Of a stretch of 64,000 bases of DNA, positions 1 to 11,529 are shown in pieces. A program made the position numbers and the translations under genes. Positions within the stretch are counted from its first letter, which is position 1, and every line of letters begins with the position of its first letter. The DNA is from Paramoeba atlantica (Eukaryota; Protista; Discosea): the NCBI GenBank assembly GCA_977017575.1, contig CDRNVI010000038.1, forward strand, positions 1-64,000, read 5' to 3'. The notes beneath the pieces are model-generated. The model did no database searches, had not been told where the DNA came from, and saw only the letters and a list, made by a program, of their open reading frames with translations.

Positions 1-396
1 CCTTTAGTTGAGCATAGAGTTTTGTTTACATAAGAATTTACGCACTGTCCCTCCCCCTACTTAATTGTCACCGCTTTTGGGGAAAAGGACAATTAAATAG
101 GGGGGTGCAAATTTTGAAGAAAACATACCCCCCACCCCCCCGCATTATACCCCCCACCCGGTATAACGGTGAGCCAATATACCCCCCCTTAATATACAGG
201 GTACACTTTACTATACCCCCCCTGTACATTAAGTCGTTCGTAGTAATTAAACTTTATACACAATTCTGTTTACTAATGCAAAGCTTACATTGCTTTAACG
301 TAGTTTTTATCTTTGTGGCGGAACGAGAATATTCCTAACTTAGCGTTACACTTCAGTTTTGGACTTTCTTAACTTTTGTTGCGCTTCTGACGGTGT

Positions 397-987
397 TCAT
401 ATGCGATATAATGGTTCATCGTCCACTGTAATATGTGTATCTCGAACATCATAACATAGATGCTCCTGCAATCCTTTGACATCCAGAGTGCCTTCCAGAT
501 AAATATTTCCTCGCAAATCTAAGCGGCGCAAAGAAGATGGAAGAGAAAAAAACGCTACAAGGCCCTTAAACCTATTGTACCGAATGTTTAGTGCTTTGAG
601 TGGAGGGGGCAAGTGCAGAAAATTGGGGTTGCCGTTAAATTCGTTGTCATGGAGTACTAGGCTTTCCAAAGTGGGGGGTAAACTATCAAATGGCACCTCG
701 CCCGTAAGTTGGTTCCTCCATAACTCTAACGATTGCAATAGAAGAGGCATATAGATCCAATTCAGTTGTCCTTCTAAGTCACGGCCACCCCACTTCAAGT
801 GGATAATTTGACTTTGTTCATCGCATTTAACCCCATCCCACTTACAAGCAGGTGTTGACTCCTTCCAAGACGGAAAATTATGTTCAATGTCATCAATCAA
901 TCGAGCCAATTTTGTATTCCTGTGGTATCGAAACACCACGGACTTTAGAAGGGCCACGATCGTAGGAAGGAGTTGTGTCCGACGCAC
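397..987 (-). CDS. Small leucine-rich-repeat protein (plant-RLK-like N-cap, LRRs); start codon uncertain
   Basis: SWKESTPACKWDGVKCD N-cap followed by LxxLxLxxNxLxG repeats. The ORF-track start is GTG with an in-frame TAG directly upstream, so the true start or intactness is unclear. Confidence 0.75.
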   Translation of the reverse strand: MRRTQLLPTIVALLKSVVFRYHRNTKLARLIDDIEHNFPSWKESTPACKWDGVKCDEQSQIIHLKWGGRDLEGQLNWIYMPLLLQSLELWRNQLTGEVPFDSLPPTLESLVLHDNEFNGNPNFLHLPPPLKALNIRYNRFKGLVAFFSLPSSLRRLDLRGNIYLEGTLDVKGLQEHLCYDVRDTHITVDDEPLYRI

Positions 988-1289
988 CTACAGCGTGTAT
1001 AACGAAAAGATGCGTGCATTTTTGCGAGTTCGAAGGCATGAAAAAATAAGCTGAAATCAAGAGAGTGCAATTGTAAAAAAATTGACATATCACGTAAACC
1101 GGGGGTCACCGTAGTCTCTTTAGTGGAACAAAAAAATGTTATTCTTCCTCCTTAAACCTCCTTCTTCCATACAGTATGGTCATCTTTTGTAACCCCCCCT
1201 CGCTTATAAACGCTTAAACCCCTAGACATGAAAAAGGCACCCCCCCTTATTTTTTGTAACCCGGGGAACGGTATATTATTCAAATCGGA

Positions 1290-1370
1290 ATTTGAATAAT
1301 ATAGTGTTATTTGAATAATATAGTGTTAGGTGGCTCTATTTGAATAATATAGCGTTATTTGAATAATATA
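1290..1370 (+). repeat. Tandem 19-bp repeat ATTTGAATAATATAG(T/C)GTT, ~4 copies
   Basis: Visible directly. Follows a TIR-like start TAACCCGGGGAACGG at ~1257, so probably subterminal repeats of another TA-targeting element. Confidence 0.75.
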
Positions 1371-1513
1371 AACCGGGGGACGGAATAATATTAAGATGCG
1401 GTTTATTATTAAGTTGCGGTTTATTATTAAGTTAGACAAGTTATTATTAAGCTAGACAGGTTATTATTAAGCTGGACAAGTCATTATTAAGTTGTCAAGT
1501 TATTATTAAGTTT

Positions 1514-1882
1514 GTGTTTTTCGATGGGAGAAGGAGATTTTTTGCCGAAAGTTTGACCCTTCATAGATTGGCTCAGGCAGAGTGTGACCCAACCTACGTT
1601 CAGGAAAACGATGAGATTATTTCCTTTGAGGATGATGAAGGGGTAGAAATGCTTGATGACTCGTCGGACGTAATTGGTAGCGGAAGCGATGGAGAAATTG
1701 AAAGTGCTAGCGAGAGCGAAAGTGAAAGCAATTGTGAAAGCGAATGTGAAAGTGTGAATTCAGACGAAGAAGAAATAGGATATAATGTTGAAAGTGCGAG
1801 CGAAAGTAAAATTAAGGGTAATTCAACTTCGGATGATAAAGATAACGGAGCGGAGCTGACTGTTGGAGGGAAAGACAAGTGA
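1514..1882 (+). pseudogene. Acidic N-terminal part of the pogo-like transposase
   Basis: Glu/Ser/Asp-rich like the N-terminus of the intact 19123 transposase; separated from the 3471 ORF by stops and the nested insertion. Confidence 0.55.
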
Positions 1883-1913
1883 ACGAGCGCAAAAAACAAC
1901 ATTGCGTAGTATA

Positions 1914-3473
1914 CAGGGGGGGTCACGAAAAAGGTGGGGGGTCTAAAATTTGTACCGTGCGAGCTTTTGACCTAATTCCTTCGGCATTCAACAGATCTCG
2001 AAATTTTAAGACTACTGGCACCATTGTTGCCGCCCCTGAAGCTGATATGACGTCATGATAAAATTTTACTGAATTTTTTACCTGAAAATTCTGCAAAAAA
2101 ATGGATTTTTATCATTTTTTATCATTTTAGCCCATTAATCTATGAATAAAATACCACTTAACTCTTTCTAACACATCTTTTATGCCGAAAACACTTCGCC
2201 GCCAGAGGCGCACCCTCTCGACGCAACAAATCACTTATGAAACACGTGTAATTTGCGTCCATGAGGTACAAAACCAGGGACATTCGATTACAGACACTGC
2301 TGCTCTTATGAAATGCAGTGAAGCAACTGTCTCTCGATGGGCTAAACGCCACCGGGAGACAGGAGGGTTAGAACGTATATAATACATACGTAAGAATGCG
2401 ATTGATAATGAAGAGTTTCGAATAATGTTAGAATCTATTGTAGATGAAGAAAATCAACGTAGTCCCATTGGCTGTCCATCTTGGAGGTGGGTTCACCGCC
2501 CGATCGATCAAACCAAGTACCCATGCTCTCTTTCGTCTGTGAAAAGATCACTGAAAAGGAGCGGGTACATAAGCAGAAAAATGAGGAAAGTTCCTCATCT
2601 CACGCCTCAGCACAAATTCGACCGCCTGGAGTTGGCAAATCGTTTGGAGAGGTTCACCCCTTTTCAATACGCCCGTATTCTGTGGACCGATGAAAAGATT
2701 TTTAAATGCGGGTACCACTCACGCAATATTTGATACATTTGCAAAAGGTCAGATGAACCCCTTGAGGTACCAAAAGATGTTGAGAAATATTTCGGGGGAA
2801 AGGGGGTTCATATTTGGATGGCGGTGAGCCTTGAATGGGGGGTTCCCAAGGTTCACTGTTTTCATGAGTTTGCGGAGAATGAGACGGTCACTAATGAAAC
2901 GTTTCTCTCTGCCATGACAAAACGAAATGGTTTCTACAACTGGTTAAAGCGTAAACCAGCGGCAACAGTGATCATGGATAACGCTCCGGGCCATAATCAC
3001 GCTCGCCGCGTCGGCAGAGACATGGGTATCAGCATTCCTGATTGGCCTGCCAAGTCGCCGGATTTAAATTTAATTGAAAATTTGTGGAGCATGATGGATC
3101 ACCACATAAAATTTACTCTCCGCCCCACAAACCGTAAGGAACTACAAGCTGCAATTCTAAAAGCGCTTGATTATCTATTATCTGATATGAAAGCATCGTA
3201 TAATAATACTTTGACGAGCTTCCCGTCCCGAATCAGACTTCTTCGAGAAAAAAACGGGGGATCAATAATGAAATAATGAGAAAATCCAAATATGCAAAAA
3301 ACAAAAAAAACTGTTTTTTGTCGACTCACCATTATCACTTAACCTTATATGCCTAAGTAGTTATAACTCACATAGTCTTAAAATTTCGAGATCTGTTGAA
3401 TGCCGAAGGAATTAGGTCAAAAGCTCGCACGGTACAAATTTTAGACCCCCCACTCTTTTCGTGACCCCCCATG
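1914..3473 (+). mobile_element. Tc1/IS630-like DNA transposon
   Basis: ~100-bp near-perfect TIRs (1914-2014 and 3373-3473) starting CAGGGGGGGTCACG, flanked by TA. Confidence 0.9.
2182..3276 (+). pseudogene. Tc1-like DDE transposase with two in-frame stops
   Basis: ORFs 2182, 2425 and 2818 share one frame, broken by TAA (2380) and TGA (2731). HTH, ILWTDEK, IMDNAPGH and WPAKSPDLNLIENLW motifs present. Confidence 0.9.
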
Positions 3474-4955
3474 TATACGGGGCGTCCTATAGACCAGGGT
3501 GTGCGCGGTCGAGTGGAACCCACGGCTAGACAAAAGCGTGTAATATATGAGAAGTGGATTTCCTGGTCGCAACAAGATCGAGATGCTTATGGATCACACC
3601 GCAAGTTAAACTCTTGGATCGACGAGCGATTCCCTAAGAAACGTGTCCACATTTTTAACAAAAAGCAAGTTATGGCATACTCTAATATCCCTAGGCATAG
3701 TCAAAAGCGTAAAAGGCATGTAAAGGGGCATAAACTGAAATGGTTAAAACAACAATTGCATTATTTTATTCTTGGAGCTCGAGAGAACGATGCTTTGGTA
3801 ACAACCGAGATGGTGCGCCAAGAGGCATTTCGCATGCTGAAAAAGGAAAACCGCAAATCACTAGAGCAGAACAAAACACGGGGGATTACAAGAGTAAGCG
3901 AACGTTGGATAGGGAGATTCTTCCACTCTTACAAATGGTCTATAAGATTAGTAAAGAGATCAACTCAGCTATCAAGTGAAGAGATAGAGAAAAGAATTCA
4001 TTCCTTTCATACGTTTGCCTATCGTTGTCTTAAAACAAAAAAGTTTCGTTCCGTTCTGAATTTTGATGAAATTCCCATATCATTTCGCGGGTCCATGAAA
4101 TCTTTAAAAACAATTGCACAGCGAGGAGAAGAAGATGTACGAGGGCGTTGCAATCCGAATGATATGAAGCGATGCGCAACGCTTATCTGCGGTGCTGGCG
4201 TGAAACTGGATAAAAATGGAAGTCCAACGAATCATTTCTTTCTAAAACCTTTTATCGTGTGGAAAGGAGCTGGAGAAGGATTTAGTCACGAGATATTTGA
4301 TGCAAGGACGGCTCGAGCTTTTACTCCGAAAGGTGTCGTGAACAAAGATTTTTTTCTCCAAGACTTTATTCCCTTTCTCAAACGTGAACTGGATATAAAT
4401 GAAGCAGGCCACACTTTAATTTATCTAGACTCCTTCCGATCTCACATAACAAGTGACGTTCTCGATGCGTTTGCCACTGTGGCTAACTGCTATTGTGCCA
4501 TATTACCCCCTGCAACAACATCCTGGATCCAATGGATTGATGTATTTTATGCTTCTTCGTACAAACGCGAGCAAGTAAACATTTGGCACAGAGAACAACA
4601 TATCCGTCGGACCGCCCGCCAAAAAAGACAATGGATGCATAATGCCGTTGCCCGAGCGCACGAACAAGTTATAAACCTCGACAACGACTCTCTTGATGAA
4701 TCAGGGACCCTTTCCTCTTCTATGAACGTTGTTCAACAATTCAAAAGCTTGGGGTATATCGACCCTTGTGATGCATCGTGGTCGCATGTGAAATGTTTAG
4801 AAGGATATGTCTTTGTTCCACCAAGCGATGACGATGAGAGAGACGAAGCTAAGAGAATCGAAGATGCCTTTAAGCGTGGGAAAAGCGTCCAGGCACGAAA
4901 ATCATTCCAAGGACGGCTCGATAAATGGTGTAACCCACGACGCTCCACCGAATAA
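3471..4955 (+). CDS. pogo-like transposase, CENP-B HTH plus DDE_1 core (N-terminus detached)
   Basis: VSERWIGRF, LNFDEIP, YLDSFRSH and WIQWIDV motifs; clearly homologous to the 19123 ORF. Confidence 0.85.
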   Translation: MYTGRPIDQGVRGRVEPTARQKRVIYEKWISWSQQDRDAYGSHRKLNSWIDERFPKKRVHIFNKKQVMAYSNIPRHSQKRKRHVKGHKLKWLKQQLHYFILGARENDALVTTEMVRQEAFRMLKKENRKSLEQNKTRGITRVSERWIGRFFHSYKWSIRLVKRSTQLSSEEIEKRIHSFHTFAYRCLKTKKFRSVLNFDEIPISFRGSMKSLKTIAQRGEEDVRGRCNPNDMKRCATLICGAGVKLDKNGSPTNHFFLKPFIVWKGAGEGFSHEIFDARTARAFTPKGVVNKDFFLQDFIPFLKRELDINEAGHTLIYLDSFRSHITSDVLDAFATVANCYCAILPPATTSWIQWIDVFYASSYKREQVNIWHREQHIRRTARQKRQWMHNAVARAHEQVINLDNDSLDESGTLSSSMNVVQQFKSLGYIDPCDASWSHVKCLEGYVFVPPSDDDERDEAKRIEDAFKRGKSVQARKSFQGRLDKWCNPRRSTE

Positions 4956-5279
4956 AGGTAAAGAAAAGAAAGATTTATGAAGTTTATGAAGACGGGTAAA
5001 GATTCAGATAAAAAAAATATTGTTAAAGATTGCATACATAAAAAAACAATTTGTTAATTTTATTACAAACTTAATAATAACCCGCCGACAAGTTAATATT
5101 AAGTTTCAAAACGTTGACAGGATATTATTAAGTTTGACAGGTTATTATTAAGTTGTCAAGTTATTATTAAGTTTCAGCAACTTAATATTATTCCGTCCCC
5201 CGGTTTACTATTTTGTCGATCACTTTTTGAGTTAAAGAAGTTTAATGTTTCTATGTACGTCTCACTTGTAATAGATGTG

Positions 5280-5942
5280 TCATTTCGTAGAATAACCAAA
5301 TACCTCCACCCCTACAGCACCCCAAACTTGGCATCTTGGTGCCCAACGTACTTTTTGACGCGGGGCTGCTTTTTGACCGCGCTTTACCCACATGTGTCTT
5401 CTGCTATCGTTGGTATCAAATATCTTTTCGCCCGTAAAAATAACACGGGCAGTATCCAATTTGTAAATTACATTTGAATTACAGTAATTCAAAGCAAATT
5501 GAACTCTTTTTTGCTTTTGTCGCTCGGCAAGCCCTTGGCATACTGGCCGAGCGGCATAATTGTAATCCAGCGATGCTAGACCTCGCTTTACAGTGCTTTG
5601 CGAAACTTGTATACCTTACTTGTAGAAACTTGTATACCTACACAGTTGGCCTTTTATACGCCTTGAAGAATTGAATTTTGGTACCCCAGCGGGGTCGAGA
5701 GGAGCCAATATCTTTTCAATTTTCTTTTTGCGAGATTCGATTTTTTTAATGGTCACAGGACTCAGAGTGTATTCTCCGCTACATTTTTTTTCGTTCAGAT
5801 ATTTTTTGATTATTCTTCTAGAGACGTTAAAATCACGGGATAATTGTTTTATCGGAACACCTTCTCCCTGTCTCATCTTCAAAAGAACCTTGCCACTATC
5901 CGTAAGCTCCCCTTTTGGGAGCCGATATGGTGATTTGGTCAT
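5280..5942 (-). pseudogene. Truncated, frameshifted Tc1-like transposase
   Basis: HTH-like IKQLSRDFNVSRRII (5616 ORF); VIFTGEKIF and VWGAVG (5280 ORF; first catalytic D changed to G); C-terminal half missing. Confidence 0.7.
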
Positions 5943-6197
5943 GTTTGGGAAACAAAATGTTGAAAAAGCAATTATTATTTTTGACTAAATTTTAAAATGA
6001 GCTAAAAACAGCGGGAACGTACAGATCTCGAAATTTTGAACGAAAAAGTGGTATGATAACCCACCCACGCCCCCCTGTGCTAAAAATAAGGGGGGGGGTC
6101 ACTTATTCGTGAGCGGGGGTTTATTATATATAATGATGTATAGATAGATACAGATTATATAGATTAAATTATAGTAAAGAACTACTGTTATAATACT

Positions 6198-7141
6198 AAA
6201 TTTTCTTTTTTAGGCTCTTCGTTAAACGCGGTGGTTGCTTTCAACTTAGAAGTCACTGATGCTGCGCGCTTCGCGTTGAAAACTACCGCCGCGTTTAACG
6301 AAGAGCCTAAAACAGAAAATTTAGCCTGGAAAACGGAAAGATTATAGCCAAAAATAGCCGAATTTCGGGTACAAATGGGGTCATTTTCGCATATTTTTGC
6401 TCTCAGAGCACTAAATCCGACATTTGCGCGTGGGAAATCACTCGCAAGCATGAATGAAAGCCTACCGAACGTATTGGGTAGAGAATACGACTCCAACCAT
6501 ACCATTCTTTCGACACAAAAATGCCCCTTTAGGTCCGAAAAATACTTTTTCACCTTTTTTAGTCAAAATTGGGTCATTTTGGGGGGCGCACCACAGTTCG
6601 AAGAAGTGATACCTTGCGAAAACAACTGCGGAGAAAGCTAGTGTAGGTCCCAAACTATCAAAATACAATAGGGGAAGCGATTTTGGAAAAATATTTTTTT
6701 TGTCATTTTTTTCGCCAAGTTGAATTTTTTTTCAAAAAATTTTTTCCGAAAAAATCCGAACTTGGCGGACCCGTCCTGCGGATACGCGGGGGGGTCACCC
6801 CCGGGTAGGGGGGTGGAAAATGCGCGCCAAGACCCCGGCTACCCTTTCTGCGGTTTTTTTTCGAAAACTAATTTTTTCGAAAAAATTTGCTCGACCATGC
6901 CCCCCCCCTGGACCCCCCCCCTGGACCCCCCCCCTGGACCCCCCCCCTGGACCCGCCCTGGACCCCCCCCATGGACCTCCCATTTTTGTTAAAAAAGAAT
7001 TTCAGTTTTGGACCACCGGAGCCCCCTTTTATATTTTTTTCTTCTATTATATTACTGTGTTCCTCTTTATATTTTCACTGTTTTTGTTCACTTTTTTTTC
7101 ATTAATCGAGTGTAGAGCGGTAGTTTTACAACCACCGCAAC
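6198..7141 (+). repeat. Non-coding repeat X, copy 1 (long hairpin, ~600-bp core, (C7-8)TGGA array, small terminal hairpin)
   Basis: Inverted arms at 6198-6322; array at 6900-6980; near-identical to 40457-41416 on the opposite strand. Confidence 0.85.
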
Positions 7142-8424
7142 TTACTGTAATACTTACTGTACCTTGTTATAATAGCCTCGCTTTTGCCTAAATGAACCTA
7201 TAAAGGGGGAGGGCGATTGAAAGTTGGCACAGAAAGTGTTACAGAAAGACAAATCTTCCTCAGTTTGCTAAAAAAAAGAACCTATAAAGGGGGGAGGGGT
7301 CGAGGCTATATAAACGGAGTGTACAGTAATTTTTCTTTGATTCATATACTGTCTTTGTCCTTTAACCTAATGAATCCCGTGGAATCAAAGTAACGCCCCC
7401 TAAGATGAATCCTCGATGGCTGTCTAGGATTCGTAGACATTCTACAAGGGTGACCCATTAGAGACTCATGCTCAGATGTGAGGCAAAATGTTCGCGTTTC
7501 GTCGAAGTTAAAAGTTCAGTTTTTGACAAATATAATTGTGGACTTAAGTCAGAGCTCAAAGTTGACAGAATCGCATCTCAATTCTCTGAAAGATATAAAG
7601 ATAGAAAAGGATCACGACGGAGAGAAAGAAGGGGTCAACGAACGGAATAGGTGGGGACCGAAAATCGGCCTTATTTTCAAGGAAAGTGCTGGGACGCGCT
7701 GGAAGACGGCTGGAAGTCAGCCGAAGAAAGTGGGTCCGATCCTCTCTGTGGGGGACGAGAGCACAGATGAACTCTAACTCATACTGATATTGTCCGGATT
7801 TTTAAGTTTACTGTGATGTGTTTAACAGTGAACAGGGCAAAATATTCTTCCTTTGATTAAATTTTTTCTTCTTGGCATCCAACGAGCGCTATCTTTTTAT
7901 TGTCCTATTTATTCTTTGTACGCAACACAAAGATTTAGTCTTCGTGCTCAAAAGAAATTCCTTTTACTCTTTTACATCCCTTCAATGAACACGCCCGTAA
8001 CTCTTCTGATATTGCCTGTTTTTAGTCATTATTTTTCAAGAATGTCCGGACTTTTCGTCGAGAATGTCAGGGGGTATACATCAGCATGCGTCTAAGCGCA
8101 AGTATAAATTTATACGCCACGTATGCAGTATATACGCAAGTTAAACGTCAAACGAACAAGATTGTTTTTCAAAAAACGCGCTCCTCTTCGTGGCGTGAGT
8201 TTGCTACAACATTAACACTACCCTGCCAAGGGACAAATCTTTTGTGATCGGCTGAATATGACAGAATACTTGCCACATTCGTGCCCCCCTCTCTTAATAA
8301 GTGAGTATCCTCTATGTGCATACTTTGCTAACACTATGTACACTTTCTAATAGATATGTTTATACCTTACTACACATTACAAAGGGGAAGATTTGTATTT
8401 TTTATACTTTCTAAGTTTCTTTTA

Positions 8425-9061
8425 CTGTGACCCCCGAACGCAGGAGCGGTGTACCCGTTCCATTGCCTCAGACTTATTGTAGCAAACTGCTTCGGGATCA
8501 TTGTAGTCGCCTCCTCGAACGTTAAAAGCACGATTCCTGTGGTTGCTCCCCATGGAACGATCAATGAGTTTTTGAAAGTAGCTCATACCGTGGCTACGGA
8601 TTTCATATACTCCGCTTCGCGAAATTCCGTATTTTTCTCGGATTCTTTTTACCGAGAGAGTCGATCGGCAGATTTCGCGCTTCTCGTATATATTAAGCTC
8701 AGTTCGTCCCCTTTTCTCCTTTACGTGGATATCTAAAGAAGCGTGGACATTGCGCTCATTTGTAATCAACATTGTTGGATTACCTACCTGTGGCTTTGGG
8801 GGTGTTGCCTTAATCCAAGAGGTTAAGGGTCCTTCCACGGAATTCATTAGGTTGAAAAATGACTGAAATATATGAACATGACGAACTATGTGAAAGCTGA
8901 TAAAATTACCTAGCTACAGATACCCTAAAAAACAGAAAAAAAGAGACAAAAAAAAGGGTACGTCAAAAAAAAAATTGGCGCCGCTGCGCGGCGCCCGGTC
9001 GGATTTGTCCATAATAAAGGGGGGGGATACCCCCTGTCCATATTAAAGGGGGGGGTCACAG
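8425..9061 (-). mobile_element. Internally deleted pogo-like element with CENP-B/psq-type HTH remnant
   Basis: ORF 8422-8847 contains KRGRTELNIYEKREIC...KYGISRSGVYEI. TA|CTGTGACCCCC at 8423 matches GGGGGTCACAG|TA ending 9063. GC hairpin at 8977-8995. Confidence 0.55.
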
Positions 9062-9109
9062 TATATTAAATTTTATTAAAGGGAATAAAAAATATCCAGT
9101 CCAGCACAT

Positions 9110-9799
9110 CTACCGGAGTGTGAGCCTTGTGCCGGTGACGTCAACACTTGTCAGGATCGCAGGAAAAGTAGACTTTTCAAGAACACCTTTCAACTCAGGA
9201 TTATTTTGAAGATGGAGATACTTTAATTCCGAGGGAAGATTTTGAACCGGAACTAGAGTATCAAAGTTATTGTCGTAGCAGAATAACGCTCTCAGTGTTA
9301 CTGGTAGGTGACGAAAATCAAGACACCCGGTCAGCTGATTATGTCCGATGTTGATATGTGCCAAGGTCTGTGGTAAGCAATCAAGGACTACGTTGCCCGA
9401 AAAAAAGTTCTTACACAAAGAAAGAAATGTTAAGCCCTGAGGAAGTCGAGTTAAGTCCATGATTCCATTTAGTCGATTTCCTGCAACATAAAGCTTTTCC
9501 AAGGATTGCGGTAAATGTTGCAAATGAAGCCTACCGGAAAAAACGTTTCCTGAAGGAGACTTCAATCTTAGGTGCGGTGGCAATGATTTGGTCGCGCTCC
9601 AATATATTTCGCTGATATGTGTACCATCGGCACACACAATGCCTTTCCATTTGCATGCAGAGGTAGATGTATTCCAGGAGAGAAACGGATTCTCAATATC
9701 CTTGACAAGTTGCGCTAGCTTGAATTCCTGTGGCAAGTTCCCTCTAACTTTGGCTGCGCGTGGATATGATAAATTCGGAGCTGTGTCGTCCATATACAA
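9110..9799 (-). CDS. Small leucine-rich-repeat protein, paralog of 397-987
   Basis: SWNTSTSACKWKGIVC N-cap and repeated LPxxLxxLxLxxNxxxG units; first ATG at MDDTAP. Confidence 0.85.
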   Translation of the reverse strand: MYMDDTAPNLSYPRAAKVRGNLPQEFKLAQLVKDIENPFLSWNTSTSACKWKGIVCADGTHISEIYWSATKSLPPHLRLKSPSGNVFSGRLHLQHLPQSLEKLYVAGNRLNGIMDLTRLPQGLTFLSLCKNFFSGNVVLDCLPQTLAHINIGHNQLTGCLDFRHLPVTLRALFCYDNNFDTLVPVQNLPSELKYLHLQNNPELKGVLEKSTFPAILTSVDVTGTRLTLR

Positions 9800-10289
9800 A
9801 ACGTATGCAAAAAGTAAAACTTTAAGCCTTTCAAATCAATCGCTGTTTGTTGTTATGTATGTTATGGCATGTAGAATACATTCAACACATGGATTTGTGC
9901 AAAATCAATACCTTTCCTTTCAATACTCCTTCATAGGAGTTTTCAAGAAAGCGTTTGATGTCTGCGCTTTGACAGGAATAAACGGGAAAAACTCGTTTCC
10001 AAAATGTGCGCTTAAACGGGGGGCTGTCCCGGTGCGCTTAAACGGGGCGGGTCAGTCTATAAATGGCAGTATAAATACCACTCACTTTCTCAGGGAGCCG
10101 TATTTCCCAGAATCCGGAGAGGAGAAGTCGTTTTAGATGAACCCATCTTCGGCAGGCGGAAGAGCATAATTGAGCATTGTACTGAGGATAAAGGTGAAAT
10201 CCAAAAAGATACATTATATGTTACATTGTATTGTGAGAAAAAAAAAATTGTATGCTGTGCTTTAAGAAGATGAGTAGTCCAATGCAATA

Positions 10290-11250
10290 TTGAAAAAACG
10301 CAAACTTGGGCAAACCCCGGAGAGCCCAACTAAACTCAGGTGGATTCAGCCCTTTAAAGCAGTAACAATGGAAGGTAAAGAATTTCTAGAACAGTATTTT
10401 CAAAGAAAACCTCGAGATACCAGCTCTCTACCAGTCCTTGTCCACTCTGGAATTTTCCTGTCAAGGTTTCTATCGGAGAGGAGCAGGATGATAACAGTTC
10501 CATTATTAAATGGGAACATTACGACGCGGCTACTGATCGTTTGCCGTAAGCGATTTTTATGTAGGGCTCGTATCGTACGATTACAGATATTCCATGTGCG
10601 TACGTGAAGCTCACAAGCTTCAAGATCATCCCTTCTCGCAATAGGTACGCCAATTTTTATCGCACCATAAGTAGCAATATGGACCCAAAGTTAGTACTCT
10701 TTATCTGAGTGTATCGAAGATGGAAGCCAGGGTTCGCTTTGCACAAGCAATGCTACAAGAACAGGACAATCGAGGCCAAAAAAAAAATTTACGCCTACTA
10801 TTTTCTGGCTAAGTTATGATAAAGGTTGGGGACTCATCCAAAAAGGCCTGGCAACACTCGGATTCCCTAGTATCGAAAGTCCCCACGGACCACCCACCTC
10901 AAATAATGTTATGGGGCGCTATTGATGTCGATGGCAATTTCCTTCATCACTGGTGTGAATTCAAAAAAATGCAACGAACACACTCCTCCAAACATTCCTC
11001 CAAACAAAGGGCTCGAAAAATTATATTATCGCAGTTGCACATTTGCAGAAGACGTATCTTCCATGGGAAAAGATCGGAGACAAAATCTCTATGGATGATA
11101 ACGCGCCTGGGCACAAGGCCATAACAATCACCTGGTGGAAATTTCATCCTCAGTTTGAGGCTCTGCGGCTTTGCATAGCTGTGAAGAGTGCTCATACTCT
11201 CCCAAGATGACCAGCAGACTCCCCGGATCTAAACCCGATCGAGGATCTCT
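10290..11250 (+). pseudogene. Degraded Tc1/IS630-like transposase
   Basis: Fragments in several frames: IMLWGAID, MDDNAPGHK and (W>stop)PADSPDLNPIEDLWS. Confidence 0.75.
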
Positions 11251-11529
11251 GGAGTATTATTAAGCTCTGCAAGAAACACAGGCCAAATACCGTGAGCCAA
11301 ATAAAGGAAGTCTGCGATCTATACTTGAAGTCTACTGCTTGCATCTCTGTAAAAACCGCACTCTGCCTTTGACAAAAAAAATTAAAAAAAACTAGGTTGA
11401 TTTTTCTTTTACTAACTAGTAGATTTTTCTTTTTCTTTTCGATGTTCTTCTTTCAGGGGTGACACGTCTTTAGACAAGACGCGAGTATTGATGATGAAAC
11501 CACCACCACTTAAACCAAAATGGAGTTCT

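Larger units (their letters stand above)
1371..5205 (+). mobile_element. pogo-like DNA transposon (interrupted by a Tc1-like element)
   Basis: TIR AACCGGGGGACGGAATAATATTAAG at 1371 and its reverse complement ending 5205; TA on both sides; TTATTATTAAG subterminal repeats at both ends. Confidence 0.85.

Noticed and set aside
1290-1513. CRISPR-like short repeats
   Set aside because: The repeats are tandem or nearly so, have no unique spacers and no cas genes, and sit at transposon ends.
1189-6122. Single outer Tc1 element bounded by TIRs at ~1190 and ~6120
   Set aside because: The ends share C-run and TTATTT motifs but their spacing is not colinear, so the boundary was not called.
6198-6322. 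Parvovirus-like flip/flop hairpin isomers
   Set aside because: The apparent loop inversion at 12717 and 41270 is only the whole element in reverse orientation.
6900-6980. Telomeric repeat
   Set aside because: The unit (C7-8)TGGA is not TTAGGG-like in register, and the arrays are short and internal to repeat X.
7200-8360. ORFs 7468, 7478 and 7853 and nearby hairpins
   Set aside because: Short, with no recognisable motifs or repeats elsewhere in the window; left unannotated.
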